Assembly: GCA_038496445.1 (NCBI GenBank)
Contig: JALMLS010000183.1
Span: 62,001-126,000 of the forward strand
From: Trichosphaerium sp. ATCC 40318
Taxonomy: Eukaryota; Protista; Tubulinea
Length of the DNA: 64,000 bases
Reading direction: 5' to 3'
The stretch's first letter is position 1. Each line of letters begins with the position of its first letter. Under the pieces are notes generated by a model, which saw only the letters and a program-made list of their open reading frames with translations, was not told the DNA's origin and ran no database searches. Shown here piece after piece: positions 13,101 through 26,314 of this stretch. The position numbers were made by a program, and so were the translations under genes.

Positions 13101-13321
13101 GTGCTAGTCTATTTTAGCTGCACTACAGACGTTGTAGATGACAAGAGAAAGATTTCAGATCAGAATCACTCAATGCTAATCAAACGCGAGCATTTCGAAA
13201 ACTACAATCCAAGAAAGTGGCTTCGACTGCAATGAAATTATTAAAATAAAGAGTTTTATGAAAAGGCGATTTTATTCTTCGCCTCTTATGTACAAGTTTT
13301 TTTAATAGACTAACAATACAT

Positions 13322-16300
13322 TTAACACGAAACATACTTTGTCTGAACACCTAAAGAACCATGCATATCATACATAGACATTAATTCTGTACTAGTTGGA
13401 TTATGGCAAGTGAACACAAGTTCAGTATACGTAAGAGAAGTGACAACAGAAATATCAGACAAGTTTTGACATGGAACTAAATGTCGTGTAATACTTTCCT
13501 CTGGCGAAAGGTGTCCATATTCGTTAAGTATAGTATACAACGCATCTAAAGTGAGCATTAAAAATGGTTTGGTAATAGTTTGCTATGCGTACTATTATCA
13601 ACGTAATAAATTCTATCTGACACTGCTCCGACAAGTGAAGGCAACGTTGAGGATGGAAACCATTGCTGCTAGAGATAAAAAGTAAGCCCATATCAGGGAA
13701 TAACCGGTCTTACATTAACTCTGAAAAAATTAGCTCCAGTGACCTGTCAAGAAAGTGTTAGGTGACAGATGATAAGAAATTTTTTTTTTGGAGGAACTTG
13801 ATCTGACGTACTGTTGAGCTTTCGCCGCTTGTTTGGAGCTGTACTTCCCACATACTAATTGATTCACCTTGGTTTTCAGATATGACAAACAATGTATCGA
13901 ATTCCGCAGTATGTACAAATTGAAGCTTAGTAGCATTGAATGGCACAATCACATCGAATTCCTGGTTTGTTGTGAATAAATTAATGCGTGGTTGCTCAGT
14001 CTCAGATCCTGATACAACGAATATGTTATCTGTTACGTGAGTTGTTAGTAAGAGCTTAATGAATTGATCTGAATAAAAAACGTTTAAAGAGCTGACTCCT
14101 AACTAGAGTAGGACTGCCACATTTTTGAGCTAAAATTTTTGGTGAAAAATGTAAACGAAAATTGAGAGTTTGGGTTCTTGCTGTTGAAAGAGAAAACTAA
14201 CCTTTTAAAGTTCCTATATCGTATGCCATTGGTACATCAATTAGAAATGACCATTCCTCGCCATCATATACATAAACCTAAATAAGTTAAAAAGAAAATC
14301 CTTTCAAAAGAAAACAAAAAGCAAATTCGTCGAAATTACACCTACCTGCGTCATCCCAACTTCCGGTAAGAGAGTCACCAATGCATTCAAGCTATTCACT
14401 CCTTCAAAGAACTTAACACTCGTGGCACCAAAATACCAATTTGTGGAAGCTTCTACTAAAGTACAACTTATATGCGAAGCACAGTAAAGTGGTGGACTAT
14501 TAAAGAACAAGTTAATCAAGACATTTGATGATGAGGCTTATGTGTACTTGGTATCATTAGCGTTTATAACAGCAATATATCTTCCGTTTGTTAAAATGTG
14601 AGTGCTGGGCGCATTGAAAGTGGCAACAAGCCTCAATGACGCTAGTTGGTCGTTACAAAAACAGAAAAAGTTGAAGGAAAAAAAAAAGGTACCAGATGAA
14701 TGTAGAAACACCGTGGAAACAAGTAGGTTGGATGATAATATCAGAGTACCACCAGGATAACTGGCTGTATCTTTGATATTACCTACAAAGAGATCCAAAG
14801 GCTTGGGTAAAGGACCAACAAGCGCTGATACTTGATTTTGCTGAAAAACCACTGCTTTTGTTGTTTGTTGGCAGGTTGTATTACCGTTATCTGTTGATGG
14901 GCCGAAACTTGTAGGTGTTGGGCCGAAATTTGCAGGTGTTGGTCCGGCGTTGTTAGTTTCTGGTGGTACTACTACTTCACCATCAGACTACTGTTTTGTC
15001 AGTAAATTCATGCACACATGTAAATTTTTTTTTTTACTATTTCGCTACTCTTATCACGTGCTTGTTTTTTTGCAGATAAAAACGATACTGATAGAACTAG
15101 AGCAATAAGGCATAATACACTAAATATACCAAATCCCTGTAGTAAAGAAAAAGTAAGTATAAAAGTCGTTGTGCACGTGAAAATGTCAGTGAAAGTTCAA
15201 CCTATTTTTTTTTGGTTTTTTTCTTTTTTTTTTTTTGGGGTACCATTGCGAGTTTATTGTCTTGAAGCCAAGGTAAACGTGTGTCAATGCTTCTCATAAA
15301 GTCTTCATCAAGTTCTATAGCCATTGCCTTTTCAGCATTCTTTCTTACTTTCAAATCATTCCAAACATTACTTAGCCTCTCAAGAATAGAACTACCAGCA
15401 AACCACGTCTCTTCAACATTACCAATATCAAATTCCTTGGCTACAAAAAATATGGTTAAACAACCCAAACAATAAAGCATAGAGTCATCGTACCATGATG
15501 AATGAGATTTGTTGCATTTTCTTCGATAAGAGAAACTTCTAAACTATAGTCTGGTACGCCACTTGGAGAGAACGTTGCAGCTTCAACAATACTACCAAGC
15601 TCATGTTCTTCGTCATTAACGGTGTTCTGGGTACTCTCAGGTGATTTTTCTTGTAATTGGTGCTGCTTTTTTCTTTTCGGTTCTATAGTATCAGCATCAT
15701 CTGCGTTGATATCACTTGCTTTACTAGTCTCAATACTTCTTTTGCTCTACAAGCAAACGCATTATTCTTAATGAAATATAAATAACTGAAGAGTAAGCTT
15801 ACCGATGCGCTTGGTGCCTTTACGCCCTCTTTGAACTGAAAGCGAGTAAGAAATTTAATTTCAATGAAACTTGACTTGTTCACGTTTTTTCTTTGGATGA
15901 AATAAAATGGCTGTCACTAAACAGTACCCGAGTTATAATGACTTCTTCTGTTAGTACGGTATCATTTAACACATCTCCATCATTTATAACGATTGTAGCG
16001 CGAAGCTATGACGAATTTTAAAGGAAAAAAAAAAACCACATGAAAAATAAAACGCCAAAGCATCACGTGCTTTGTTATTCTCACCTTTGCCACAACACCA
16101 TTCTTGTTGTTTTTTATCCAAATGTCTTGGTAAGTCACATGTCCAAAGTTTACCAAGCAAGATATCTTAAAACAACCTTCATCGTATGATGTCTTCCACT
16201 TCCTTGTTAATTTTTTTAAAACAAGTCTTTTTGAGTTTACTGGTTTTTTGCATTTGTTCGCCAGTAAAAACCGATAATATTCAATTTTTCACGCACCTCA

Positions 16301-16600
16301 CGCTCGTGTCCGTATGCTCCGATGCATTAAAAACGACCCAGTTTGATATTAAGTTTTTTGGAACTACAGACCCACAAGGTATCAAATCGAACTGTCTGAG
16401 CTCTGTAGCTTCGCTACAACCAGAAATCTACAGCGTCTGTTACTTTTTACGTTACACGGTTTGTAGATACACGTACCGTTATATGTACGACATTCCAGCG
16501 CGATGCCTTACGATTTAAACGTACTTGATTTAAAAAACATTTAGCGTCCTCCCATTTACGTAAACTCGGATATATTTTAAACTCAAGCCTTTAGAACACT
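13322..16600 (-). CDS. Multi-exon single-pass membrane protein: N-terminal cytosolic region, TM, Pro/Thr linker, beta-rich domain; 5' end uncertain
   Basis: TM GFGIFSVLCLIALVLSVSFL at ~15075-15137; GPTPANFGPTPTSFGP linker; many in-phase GT-AG exons down to the stop at 13322. Confidence 0.55.
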
Positions 16601-17407
16601 TAGTGCTATATAAATAAAGGTAAATTTATACCTTGGCTGTGTCATATACTGAGGATAAGGAATATAAACCAGCAGTTAAGTTGTACTTAAAAAGTCGACG
16701 TCAGTCGCACCATGCAATCGACCTTATAATTTGAAATTTCTATGCGCATTCGCCGTTTACACTGCTGGTGACATCGTAGCATCCCAATAGCTTGTTAAAG
16801 AGATTTACGCTTGCTTCAATTGTCACGTGCCTAACTACATCACATAATTTGTTAGAGGTTAACCAAATATTGATGGGCAGCGTTTTCTTTGTTACTGCGA
16901 TTTAGTGGTACTTACTTGAGGTGTTGATGGTGGCTAGAGTTGTGAGTGATACTGCATGGATGGTGAAGAACCATGAGCCTCTTTTTAGAGTGTACTCATA
17001 CTTAGAACTTCAAAATAGAGCAAATAAATTTGTAAGGTATGAAGTGATCTGGAAGTTTAACAATCATCTCAACTTGGTGCATAAAGTATGTTGGTTTGAA
17101 TCATTTGAGTTGCTAGTTTCATAGCTTCGCTTATTTGTAAAGTGCTTTCCATTGAAGTACAGACCGCTAATAATGAAACGAAATAATTTTATCAATACAT
17201 TATAAAGTTGCATGATTCTCACTGTCAATGTGAGTGTTGAATGGTTTTGTTAGTGAGAATTGAGCATTTAGAAATTGGCACTAAAACAGCTATTCGGTTT
17301 GAAGGCCAGAACGAACCATAAGCAACGTTGAACCTGAAAAAGAAAAAGCGCAGGGCAAGTACTACAAAAATAAGATGCAAACGTGTGTTTATTGTGTTGG
17401 AATACAT

Positions 17408-17848
17408 TCAGAGTCTGATGATATCAAATGTTTCATCCTGGCCGTTTGGTGTTTCAAGGTGAATACGTTGAAAGTTTGACTGCCCAGGTCCAGCATCAAT
17501 CACATAGGCGGTAGGATAACGACCAATAGATGTCGGACCTGAAGTCGAAGTGAGCGTCCATCGTTGTCTTCCTTCACCACTATTACAATAGTTACAATAC
17601 AGCGCAGATCCATGGTGTTCTGCTTCCATACAAAGATCAAGTTTAATGTTTCTAATCTGGTAAATATTAGGTAAGAGTTCATTCATGTCCCACCATTGGC
17701 TCGATAGCTCTGGATTTGACCGTATCAAAGCAGGGCCATAGCCTCGTATTCCAATAGCAAAGGGGGTGCCTGTTTTTACAATCTGTACTCTATAGGCAGT
17801 ACATAAGGTAGCAACGCATAAGATGAAGAGAAGAGACGGTGTGTGCAT
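17408..17848 (-). CDS. Secreted ricin-B (beta-trefoil) lectin-like protein, intronless
   Basis: Signal peptide MHTPSLLFILCVATLCTA; QxW motifs (SQWW, QRWT); YQIRNIKLDLCME..LYCNYC. Confidence 0.75.
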   Translation of the reverse strand: MHTPSLLFILCVATLCTAYRVQIVKTGTPFAIGIRGYGPALIRSNPELSSQWWDMNELLPNIYQIRNIKLDLCMEAEHHGSALYCNYCNSGEGRQRWTLTSTSGPTSIGRYPTAYVIDAGPGQSNFQRIHLETPNGQDETFDIIRL

Positions 17849-18839
17849 TGTGTGTGTTTAGCGTTTATGTTGATATCACACAGTTTGTTGTGCTACGTTT
17901 AACGCTGTCAATGTGAACGGTATTTCTGGTAGAATCGCTAGTACCAGCGCACTACATTAAAAATAGCTACCTAATGAGTATGTGGTTACAAAGTTGTTGT
18001 TTCTATTGACGCTTTGCTAACATCAACATAAATATAGGCTTATGATAACCTTAAGATACACCAGCGCATGAAAATAACAAAGTAGAGAACAAGTGTGCTT
18101 GTAATTGGAATAAAGAGTCCAAAATAAAAATAGGTTTTTGTTACGTACACTTAAAGAGACTACATCAGCAAAACTCAAAAAACAAAGATGATATAGATGG
18201 GATATTGTCTTGTAAGCTGGAATCCAAACTTGGCTTTGAAGGATACGCTTACATGTTGATCGTTTATCTCTTGTTGTTTAAAACTGCGATAATAAAAAAT
18301 GTTTTGAATCAACGCGTTTGAAGCTCAGATATTTATAGAAAAATCACAGTGATGTAAACCAGTTCGTCGTTTTAAAACGGGCCGCCTGAAAACGGTTTTC
18401 GTGTTTGGTTTTGTTCTTACCACACTTTACATACACATTACAGATTCATAGTTTTGTGTTTTCGTATCAGCCAATAGTTTTGAATCACACGTGATTTTAA
18501 TCGTTTTCACGGTTTTTAAACGTCGACAACCGAAAAGTGTTCACCAAATGGCTTTCTTGCTTTAATATTGGTCTCACAACGCTACAGAGCGCATAAAACG
18601 GATAAGTATTGTGTTGGTTGTATAGGTTCAGCTAAAGTCCGAAAATAAAATAGTTAGGCGAAATACTACGTTGCCATTGGTTTATTTTAGGCGAAAGAGT
18701 TGAGCTGCATAGTTGTGGTTATGGTTTTGATAAAGTTTGCTTGATAAGGGAATAGTGGAACACAATACAAGAGCAGATCAAATCCGCGCTTATCTTGCCT
18801 CGTTTTTTTATTTGTTTTCGGGTCAGCAGTCCCAAAAAA

Positions 18840-19125
18840 TAGGTGCTAAAGAACCTGTTATGATTATCACTTACCCACTCATTAACAAAAAATACATGTC
18901 CTCAGCCCTTGTGTACAACTAAACAACGCTCAGAAGTAAGCCAATATCTTTATAATTTATTTAGGACAATTTACTGCTCTTCGAATACCAACCTTAGCCT
19001 TGCTACCACCTTCGCTTTATGGTTGGTTATTGTTATGTAATGCTTTGCTTTGGGATTGTTATTTCATGTATGGGAGTAGTTCCAAATAATTGCCTGGAAA
19101 TTATTTGCTGTCAATACATTTGCGT
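18840..19125 (-). pseudogene. Relic inverted copy of the 3' end of the F-box-PPP gene
   Basis: 18840-19080 is the reverse complement of ~7392-7640 (last exon + 3' flank); 19085-19125 matches ~7157-7200; the intervening part is missing. Confidence 0.8.
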
Positions 19126-19566
19126 ACCTTTCAATTCAGACCATTGCAATGACATGTGATATCATTGGTGTATACACGGCACAGAATAATGCAACTTGGC
19201 GTGTATTTTCTATATGATAAGTGTTAGATGAGTGGCTCGATACTGTGGCTAATAGGAAAAATCGAGGAATGTGTTGAAGAAAAAGTTCAAATGCCTATAG
19301 TTTTATTCATGACTCAAAAACAACATCTCACAGATAGGTTTGTTTAGATTTCAATTTAGTACGCTTACAAGTACAAATAAATACACTGAGCACGCGCTGT
19401 AGCACCGTAGAGTAATACAATAGCTTCAGAGACCAATATGTAGTTGGAAAATTCTCTCATGCATAGTTAGAATTGCGTATCGCCTTACTTTCGCGTCTGC
19501 CGTGCGAGTATAGAGTGCCTGTGCCTGCTTTTTGTAGTATTTATTGTGGATTATACATTGTCTAGG

Positions 19567-20590
19567 TTACTGCAAAGGTTTTCGTGGCTCAAAGCAGTCG
19601 CAAACCTGTGGCATCACTTTGCCTTCAATGAATTGCACACCAGAGCTTGTACCCGTCAGTTCTGCCAGAATATGTATCACGATTGCATTTGAGTAAGAAG
19701 ATAATGGTATGAACGCCTGAAAACAACTTGAGAACTTCATCAGTTTAATAGCGATGTTGCTTGCAATATTGTTGTAAGTAAGAAATCTTAGCACTCTTGC
19801 ATCTAGTAAAACAATGTGCAAATTTACTGACTGCAAACATGTAACGCTAACCAAAAAAAAAAGGCAAATTATGTAACAAAAAGACGGAGAGTGTAGTAAT
19901 CTAGAGGCTTATTATTTATAGTACAATCTGTGCAAACAACAAAAAGTTGGTCATTCGTTTTGTAGTTGAACAGTAGTTTTTTTATGTGAGATTGATGTTG
20001 TAAATTTCAACTGAATCCTTATACGAAACAAACGCAGATTTGTTTGTATTAAAATAAGCAGAAGCTTGATACATGGAGTTTGCTGAATTAAAAATATGTG
20101 TAAGTAAATAAATCAAAAGATATTCGAGAAGAGGCAGTCATTAGCAAAACTTTTTGTTTCACTTTTAGCTTTAGAGCTGTAATTCGCTGTTTTGGAGACA
20201 TAATATTTTCCACCAGAAAAACACTAAAATCCACTCGAGTGGATTTTGGTACCTAGCACATATTAACCTGTGCTGCCACACCCACCAATGGATGACATTT
20301 TGTGAGCGAAGTCGGGTTCTTGTCCCGAGCAAAGCGACGGGCCTGACCGAAAGCGAACAGTCCTCTATATTAGCTTGCATTCGCTGTCCCATACTCGAAT
20401 AGTGTAAAACCAAAACTGGAATACAAATAATCCACTTGAGTGGATTTTAGCCCATATTTTGTGGAAAATGTGTCGTCTGTTGCTGTTTTCGATACGCCAA
20501 CTCATAAGAAATCTCATAATTTTATGCTCAGTTTCAAAACGTCTTCGCGTTTCCTTTAATTTGCTGTGGTGTAAGCGTTCATACAAGTTC
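19567..20590 (-). CDS. Hypothetical multi-exon protein; model uncertain
   Basis: Several minus-strand ORF pieces with plausible splice sites; no recognisable domain. Confidence 0.3.
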
Positions 20591-20620
20591 TATATGGGAC
20601 CCAAAAAAATAGCCATTTAA

Positions 20621-23600
20621 ATGATGGTGATATGTGTACATGCTTCCGCTATAAATCCGAGTATGACATACAATAAAATAAAAAAACATCTCGTTAACAG
20701 TCAAAGAGTGTCAATACGAGAACGCCAATAAAAGCTGCACTGACTGCAAAACACCCAACGCGGGAGAAGTATCTTTTGTGCTAGAATGGCGTCGTTTAAA
20801 CAATTTATTACTATAATAGCGCTTACATGCTATCATACAATTGCTGTTGAATGGAACAATCTTCCTGAAAATAGAGGGCAAGTTTTTTTTCTGGATGAAC
20901 ATTCCGGCTAACATTAATTAAGGTACAACCCAAAACCTTGTAGTTTCGATCTAAACGACAACGGTATTATTGGTACAATTAAAAAAACTGTCAATTAACA
21001 AAAAAGGTCACGTGATAATGTCCTACCGCTCATTTTTTTTTGTAAGGTGAACCAGCAGATTGTAAGGTTTGTAATGGTGTCGACACAGACCCAGACGGCG
21101 ATGGAGTACGCTGACTAGCTTATAACCTTATAAAATTGCTTACTCTGGCTCAAAAAGATTGACGAAAACATGATTTATGTAGATTGTGCTAGTGGAAATG
21201 ATTCTGCAACGTGTGGCAAACCAGGTATGTTTTTTTAATTTTAAGAGCTCGTTCTGGTTCTTTAGTTTCCCCTCATTCATCACTTATACTCTTTTTTTAA
21301 TAATAGATGATCCTTGCTTGACCATAGGTCATGCTTGGATGGTAGTAGCGCGTACAACACAAACAGCAGATGCGGAATCCATTATTTGCTTTAAAGGCAT
21401 TATTTTTTCGTCCGTCTTATCTTTTGTATCTTATCTATTTATAGGTATGTGTTCTACAGAAGAAAATATAGCCCCTGGTGTGAGTGGAATACCTGGATTT
21501 AGAACAAAGACCAAAAGTGGTAGCGAGGAATGGGATTTTCAATACCCAACAAATCCAACAAGTTAGAAATCTCCTTGCTTTCTTGTCTTTCTAATGCACC
21601 TATCATAGTGTTGGTAGGATGGGATACTGACGGTGATGGTAAATACCCACCTTTTGACACTGATGACATTGCCGTTGTTGAAGGAAGCACGTGACCTTAT
21701 GACTGGTAGGCGATTTGCTAATTTGGTTAGAATCCAATGCGCTATCACGATTTATGCAGTTGGGCGCAAACTCTATGGGAATGCCCAGCTATGTGGAGAT
21801 GGCTCATTTTACAGTAACTGGATATGGTAGTTATACCACAGAAACACAAACGGGATTTATCATGATGGGTAAAGGAAGTGGCAGGATAAGCTCACACGTT
21901 TACATTCATGACTTGGTACGCACTTTTTTTTTTTAACTTTACTTCTTGTTAGTAATATCTTGTACAGCACATCTACGATGTCAACCGAGAAAAAGTAGAA
22001 AATGAATCAGCATCGCCTACGCTTATTTTCAATTGGTTCTCAGGGATGGCACATAAGTACTACGAGATATCAAACATGAAGATTACCGAATTTTCATCTT
22101 GGATGTCACGTGGTGGGTTTGGTGAGGATGAAGTTCTGAATGTAACAACAGGACAAGACGAGCATATTAGATATCAGAACTTGTTTGTTCGACCACGTGG
22201 AAAGAACACAGAGCATGCTGGAATGGTTGCTGTAAAAGAATGGGGGTACTCTAACTTAACATGCTTAAGTTGCACTGATTTATTTTGCTTTTGCTCCTGA
22301 CGTTCTGTAGCCTTAAGAATTATGTTGAGTGGATTGATAATGTTTGGGACGCTAATATACCACCTCTTGGACCTTTCAAACCGGAAGCTAATGGAAGATT
22401 GACAGGCGTTCTTATTAATATGTGTATGCAAAACGTTGTGATTAGAAATAATTTGTTTTACAATTGGGCAACGTCAATAAGGATTCAAGCCTCTGTTCCT
22501 GGTTTTTGTAATGTACAACATAAACGCCACAATACTGTCAAGTTACTTACACTTATCATAGGCTAGACAAGTGAATAACGTGTACGTCTTGCACATCTTT
22601 AGTTGGTTAACAAAATGATGTTGCTTTTTTTTTTCTCATTTTATTTTGCTTTTAATTAGGTTTATTGATCACAATATCATTCATCATGACTCTCCTTATT
22701 GGAAATTTGGTGCTAATGGTATCGTTTCGAAAGATGACGGTGGTGGAACAACACCATTTTGTATGTAGCATTAATTTACGTATTTGTTTAACATTCCTTT
22801 TTATTTAAGTGGGATCAATTAAGGACGTATTCATTTCTGATAATATAATTAACTTTGAGAACATTAACACCACAGCTATGCAATCCGGAATATGGGTTCA
22901 CTCAGGAAATAAGGAAAAGAAACAAACAGGTAAAGATCTATCTTCCGAAGCTTACCTCTTTTTGCGTTTTCTTAATTTTTTCCAATTCTGACTTGCTTGC
23001 TCGTTTAGGCACAGTAACAATTGAGAGAAATACAATACGAGCGTTCAAGACACGTAATCAATGGGGAGCTATAACCATAGGTGATCCTGATAAAATGGGC
23101 GAGGTTAAATTCCCTGTACAGAACTTTGTAATCCGAGATAATGACATACGGTACAATACATTTCAGCTAATTTGTTTCGTCTTATCTTGCTTTACACTAG
23201 GGGCGTCATTGGAGCGAAAGGATTTGATCAGTTAATGTATAGATTCGTAGATGATATACCAAGTAACGTTGTAGCTTCTGGTAATACTTATCCTTCATGT
23301 GCAGAGTACAGGGTTGTTGCAGATCGGGCACGTGGTTTTTTTGCCACAGTTTTTTTCCAAGTGATCTAACTTTGTCGTAGTATGAAGATTTTGAAGGTTT
23401 TAGACCAGTGTGGGAACAAGACACAGATATAAAGTTTTGCAAGACAAACAATTGTGATAAGCCTGGCGACACGTGCTCATTGAAGGATTTACCATACTCA
23501 TACACAATACCTGAGTGCGACTTTTATAAAAGAACAATTTTTTTGCGTTGCTTCTAACAGTCAATATTTAGCACGGTGGGGAAAGGTTTAGCTGTTCCTG

Positions 23601-23746
23601 ATTTCGATAGAAATTCTGGTGGCGGTGGACCAAGCCCTCAAGCTCCACTAGGGTCTGGAGGATCCGGCACTTCAAGCTCAAAAAGAGTTTGCAACTTGAG
23701 TGCGATAGCAACGCTCGTGACCATTACTATAATGATGTTGGTTTAA
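20621..23746 (+). CDS. Extracellular, probably GPI-anchored right-handed parallel beta-helix (pectin-lyase-like fold) protein; start approximate
   Basis: Repeats NVVIRNNLFYN, VFIDHNIIH, DVFISDNIIN, TVTIERNTIR, NFVIRDNDI; Cys-rich ends; Gly/Ser linker and hydrophobic tail AIATLVTITIMMLV*. Confidence 0.72.
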
Positions 23747-23913
23747 TAAAATACCGTTACTTTACCGTAATTTACACAAAAAGATTGTAAACAACATTCT
23801 GTCCAAAGACAGTTGTAGTATCGTTTTCAGATTTAGGCAGCCAAAATCTTTTGAATTGTGCAGGGAAATCCGTATGTTCCAGTACGACAATATCCGCCTA
23901 TTGTAGACATAAG

Positions 23914-25096
23914 ATGCTGAGCCTTCCGCCAGAGATGATATGCCGTATTTCGAATCTTGTTCCGACCACTAGTTTTTTGGGGCTTCGGAAAACGTGTATA
24001 CGCGTAAAACAAGTTCTAGGATGTACACCGCTTGGAAAGGTGCGGTTTTGAACGCGTTTATCACATTGACAAACCGTAACTATATAAAACGTACTAAAAC
24101 CATGTTTAGGATATGGAAAACGCTATAATTGCGCGATACGTAATGACAATAGTACCTTCTGGTGGTGTAAAAACTCAAGTGGGAACGAACAGCAAAAACA
24201 ACACGAACATACGCGTTACACTTAATTCAGACGGAAAAGTGCGTATTTGGAGTGTTTAAGCATTTTTTCAGCGTTCCCAAAAGTGAATTTGTCCAACTTC
24301 GTTATCTCATCTTCTTTAGCTTATTTATTGTTACAACCATGCTATATATACTGCAGATATTACGTCAAAGGCTTCTAAGCTAATGGCGGGCAAACCTGAT
24401 ACATTTGGAAGTTCAAACGGAAGTTTCAATAATGCTTCATTTTACTTTCCACATTCTGTCGCTCTGGACAATTCAAAGATGATTTTGAGCGATGCTTATA
24501 ATGGTACAAGGAAAAAAGTGTTTTTTATTCTACTGACATTAAAATCAAGGCATGCTACGATTGATAGATACCAAGCGAAAAACAATATCAAATCACCCGT
24601 ATGGTTTTTTTTCTTGTTTTTTTACGTTTGACCTTATTTTGCATCTAGAGCTACTCCTAGACCTTATAGTAATAAAATTCTACATCCTACGTGTTGTATA
24701 ACAGATAGAAACGGAAATATAATGTTCTTGGATGCAAGTACAAGCGCGTTATGGAAGATTGAAAAGAAAAATGGAAGATACTCGCCAACGCCTATGTCAA
24801 TGTCTCTGAATGCAAACTATCGCAAATCATTTGGTGGCATGATTTTTCCTTATACAATGGCTTGTAATAAAAGAGGAGTATTGTATATTCTAGGACAGAA
24901 CTTGATTAGCATCAATAACAAGGGGATTATGCGAATGGAGCTCAAAGAGAACCAGATTGGTCAGATTTTTAGGAGCGAAGATTCGAGTTTATTCTTTGAC
25001 AAAAAAAACAATGTATACATTGCCAGTACGTCTGGCACTATAATTAAATACTATGTTAAGACAGGTCATGTTGTGAGGTATGCGAAAATCTACTAA
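23914..25096 (+). CDS. F-box + NHL-repeat beta-propeller protein
   Basis: MLSLPPEMICRISNLV..LRKTCIRVK (F-box); LMAGKPDTFGSSNGSFNNASFYFPHSVALD..ILSDAYN, HPTCCITDRNGNIMFLD, FFDKKNNVYIA (NHL). Confidence 0.8.
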
Positions 25097-26314
25097 GAAA
25101 TTTAATCACGTGATTAACCGAAACCCTAGGATGCGCATCTCTTTGCCTTTTGAAAGCAAGGAAATCATTAATTTTCAAGCAACAGCGAGTGTACGTTACT
25201 GTGGTTATCACGTGTCTCTTATATTTATTACAGAAAAGTGGTAGCGCAGCTTGGATAACAGCGACAAATATAAAAGGCGACACGTGCTTGTATAAATGTG
25301 CACTCTTCAAATAAAATTCAGCGCATGAGGTTAGACCTCTTGTGCTTCGTAACTTTGCCTTGCTACCTAACTGGTTGACTTTCTTTCTTGACAAGCTATA
25401 AGGCAAAAAGAGAAACAATTTTGCTAAGGCCTCATAGTCACTGTGACTTAGCGTGGTATACGATTGATTGTGGTTGACGTGACAAAGTGTTGTTGGTAGT
25501 TATTCTCAGGTACAAATCATTTAGCGAATAGCGAATGGATGATACACGCACTTGCGAGAACATAAAACAGAAACCTGTACTAAATAAGTAGAGTACTACT
25601 TTTAAATTATTCTGGCACGTCATTACATCCTTGTTACCATGAATGTTTTAATGGATACGACCATGCTGATGGACTTGTAAAGAGCGATATAATGTCAAGG
25701 AAATGTTTACCTTGTAGATAAAGTACTCTTCTGTACTAACTGTACGAAAATTAAATAAATCGTATTGCGGGTATCATTTTGTTTCTTTGGAGGAAGTTTA
25801 CAAAGAAATACCAATCTTATTTTTGTTTGGACTTGCAGAAAATGATTCAAAGGGTCTTCCTTTTATGGTGTATAATGCTATAGGCATTGGTGCTTTCATA
25901 TTATTGTTGCTGTCATTTTCGTATGCTGCTGTGAAAAAGATGATGACACTACTTCGCAATACAATAAAATAATTTAAGTTTTTAATCAAACATCATAGTA
26001 CTTCCTTGGTTAAAATCAAATGAAAAGTGTTTCTGGTTGTCAGTGTTAATTACTTTAGGAATCACAGAAGCTCACAGAAGTATGTAAAATGACAAAATCT
26101 GACTGGAATCAGTGGTTTTTATTATCATAGCCGCTTTGATACATGACCATAAAGCTGTAGTAGTGGTACACGAATGCGACAAAACTGAGTGCTTATAATA
26201 TTGCCTGTTCAAGGGTAGACTTTTGCAACGTACTCATGTGTGCAAAAGAAAAACTTGCACACTTGTAATAGTTAATTTTTATCTTTTTATAGAAGTACAA
26301 TTACTGTTTGGTTA

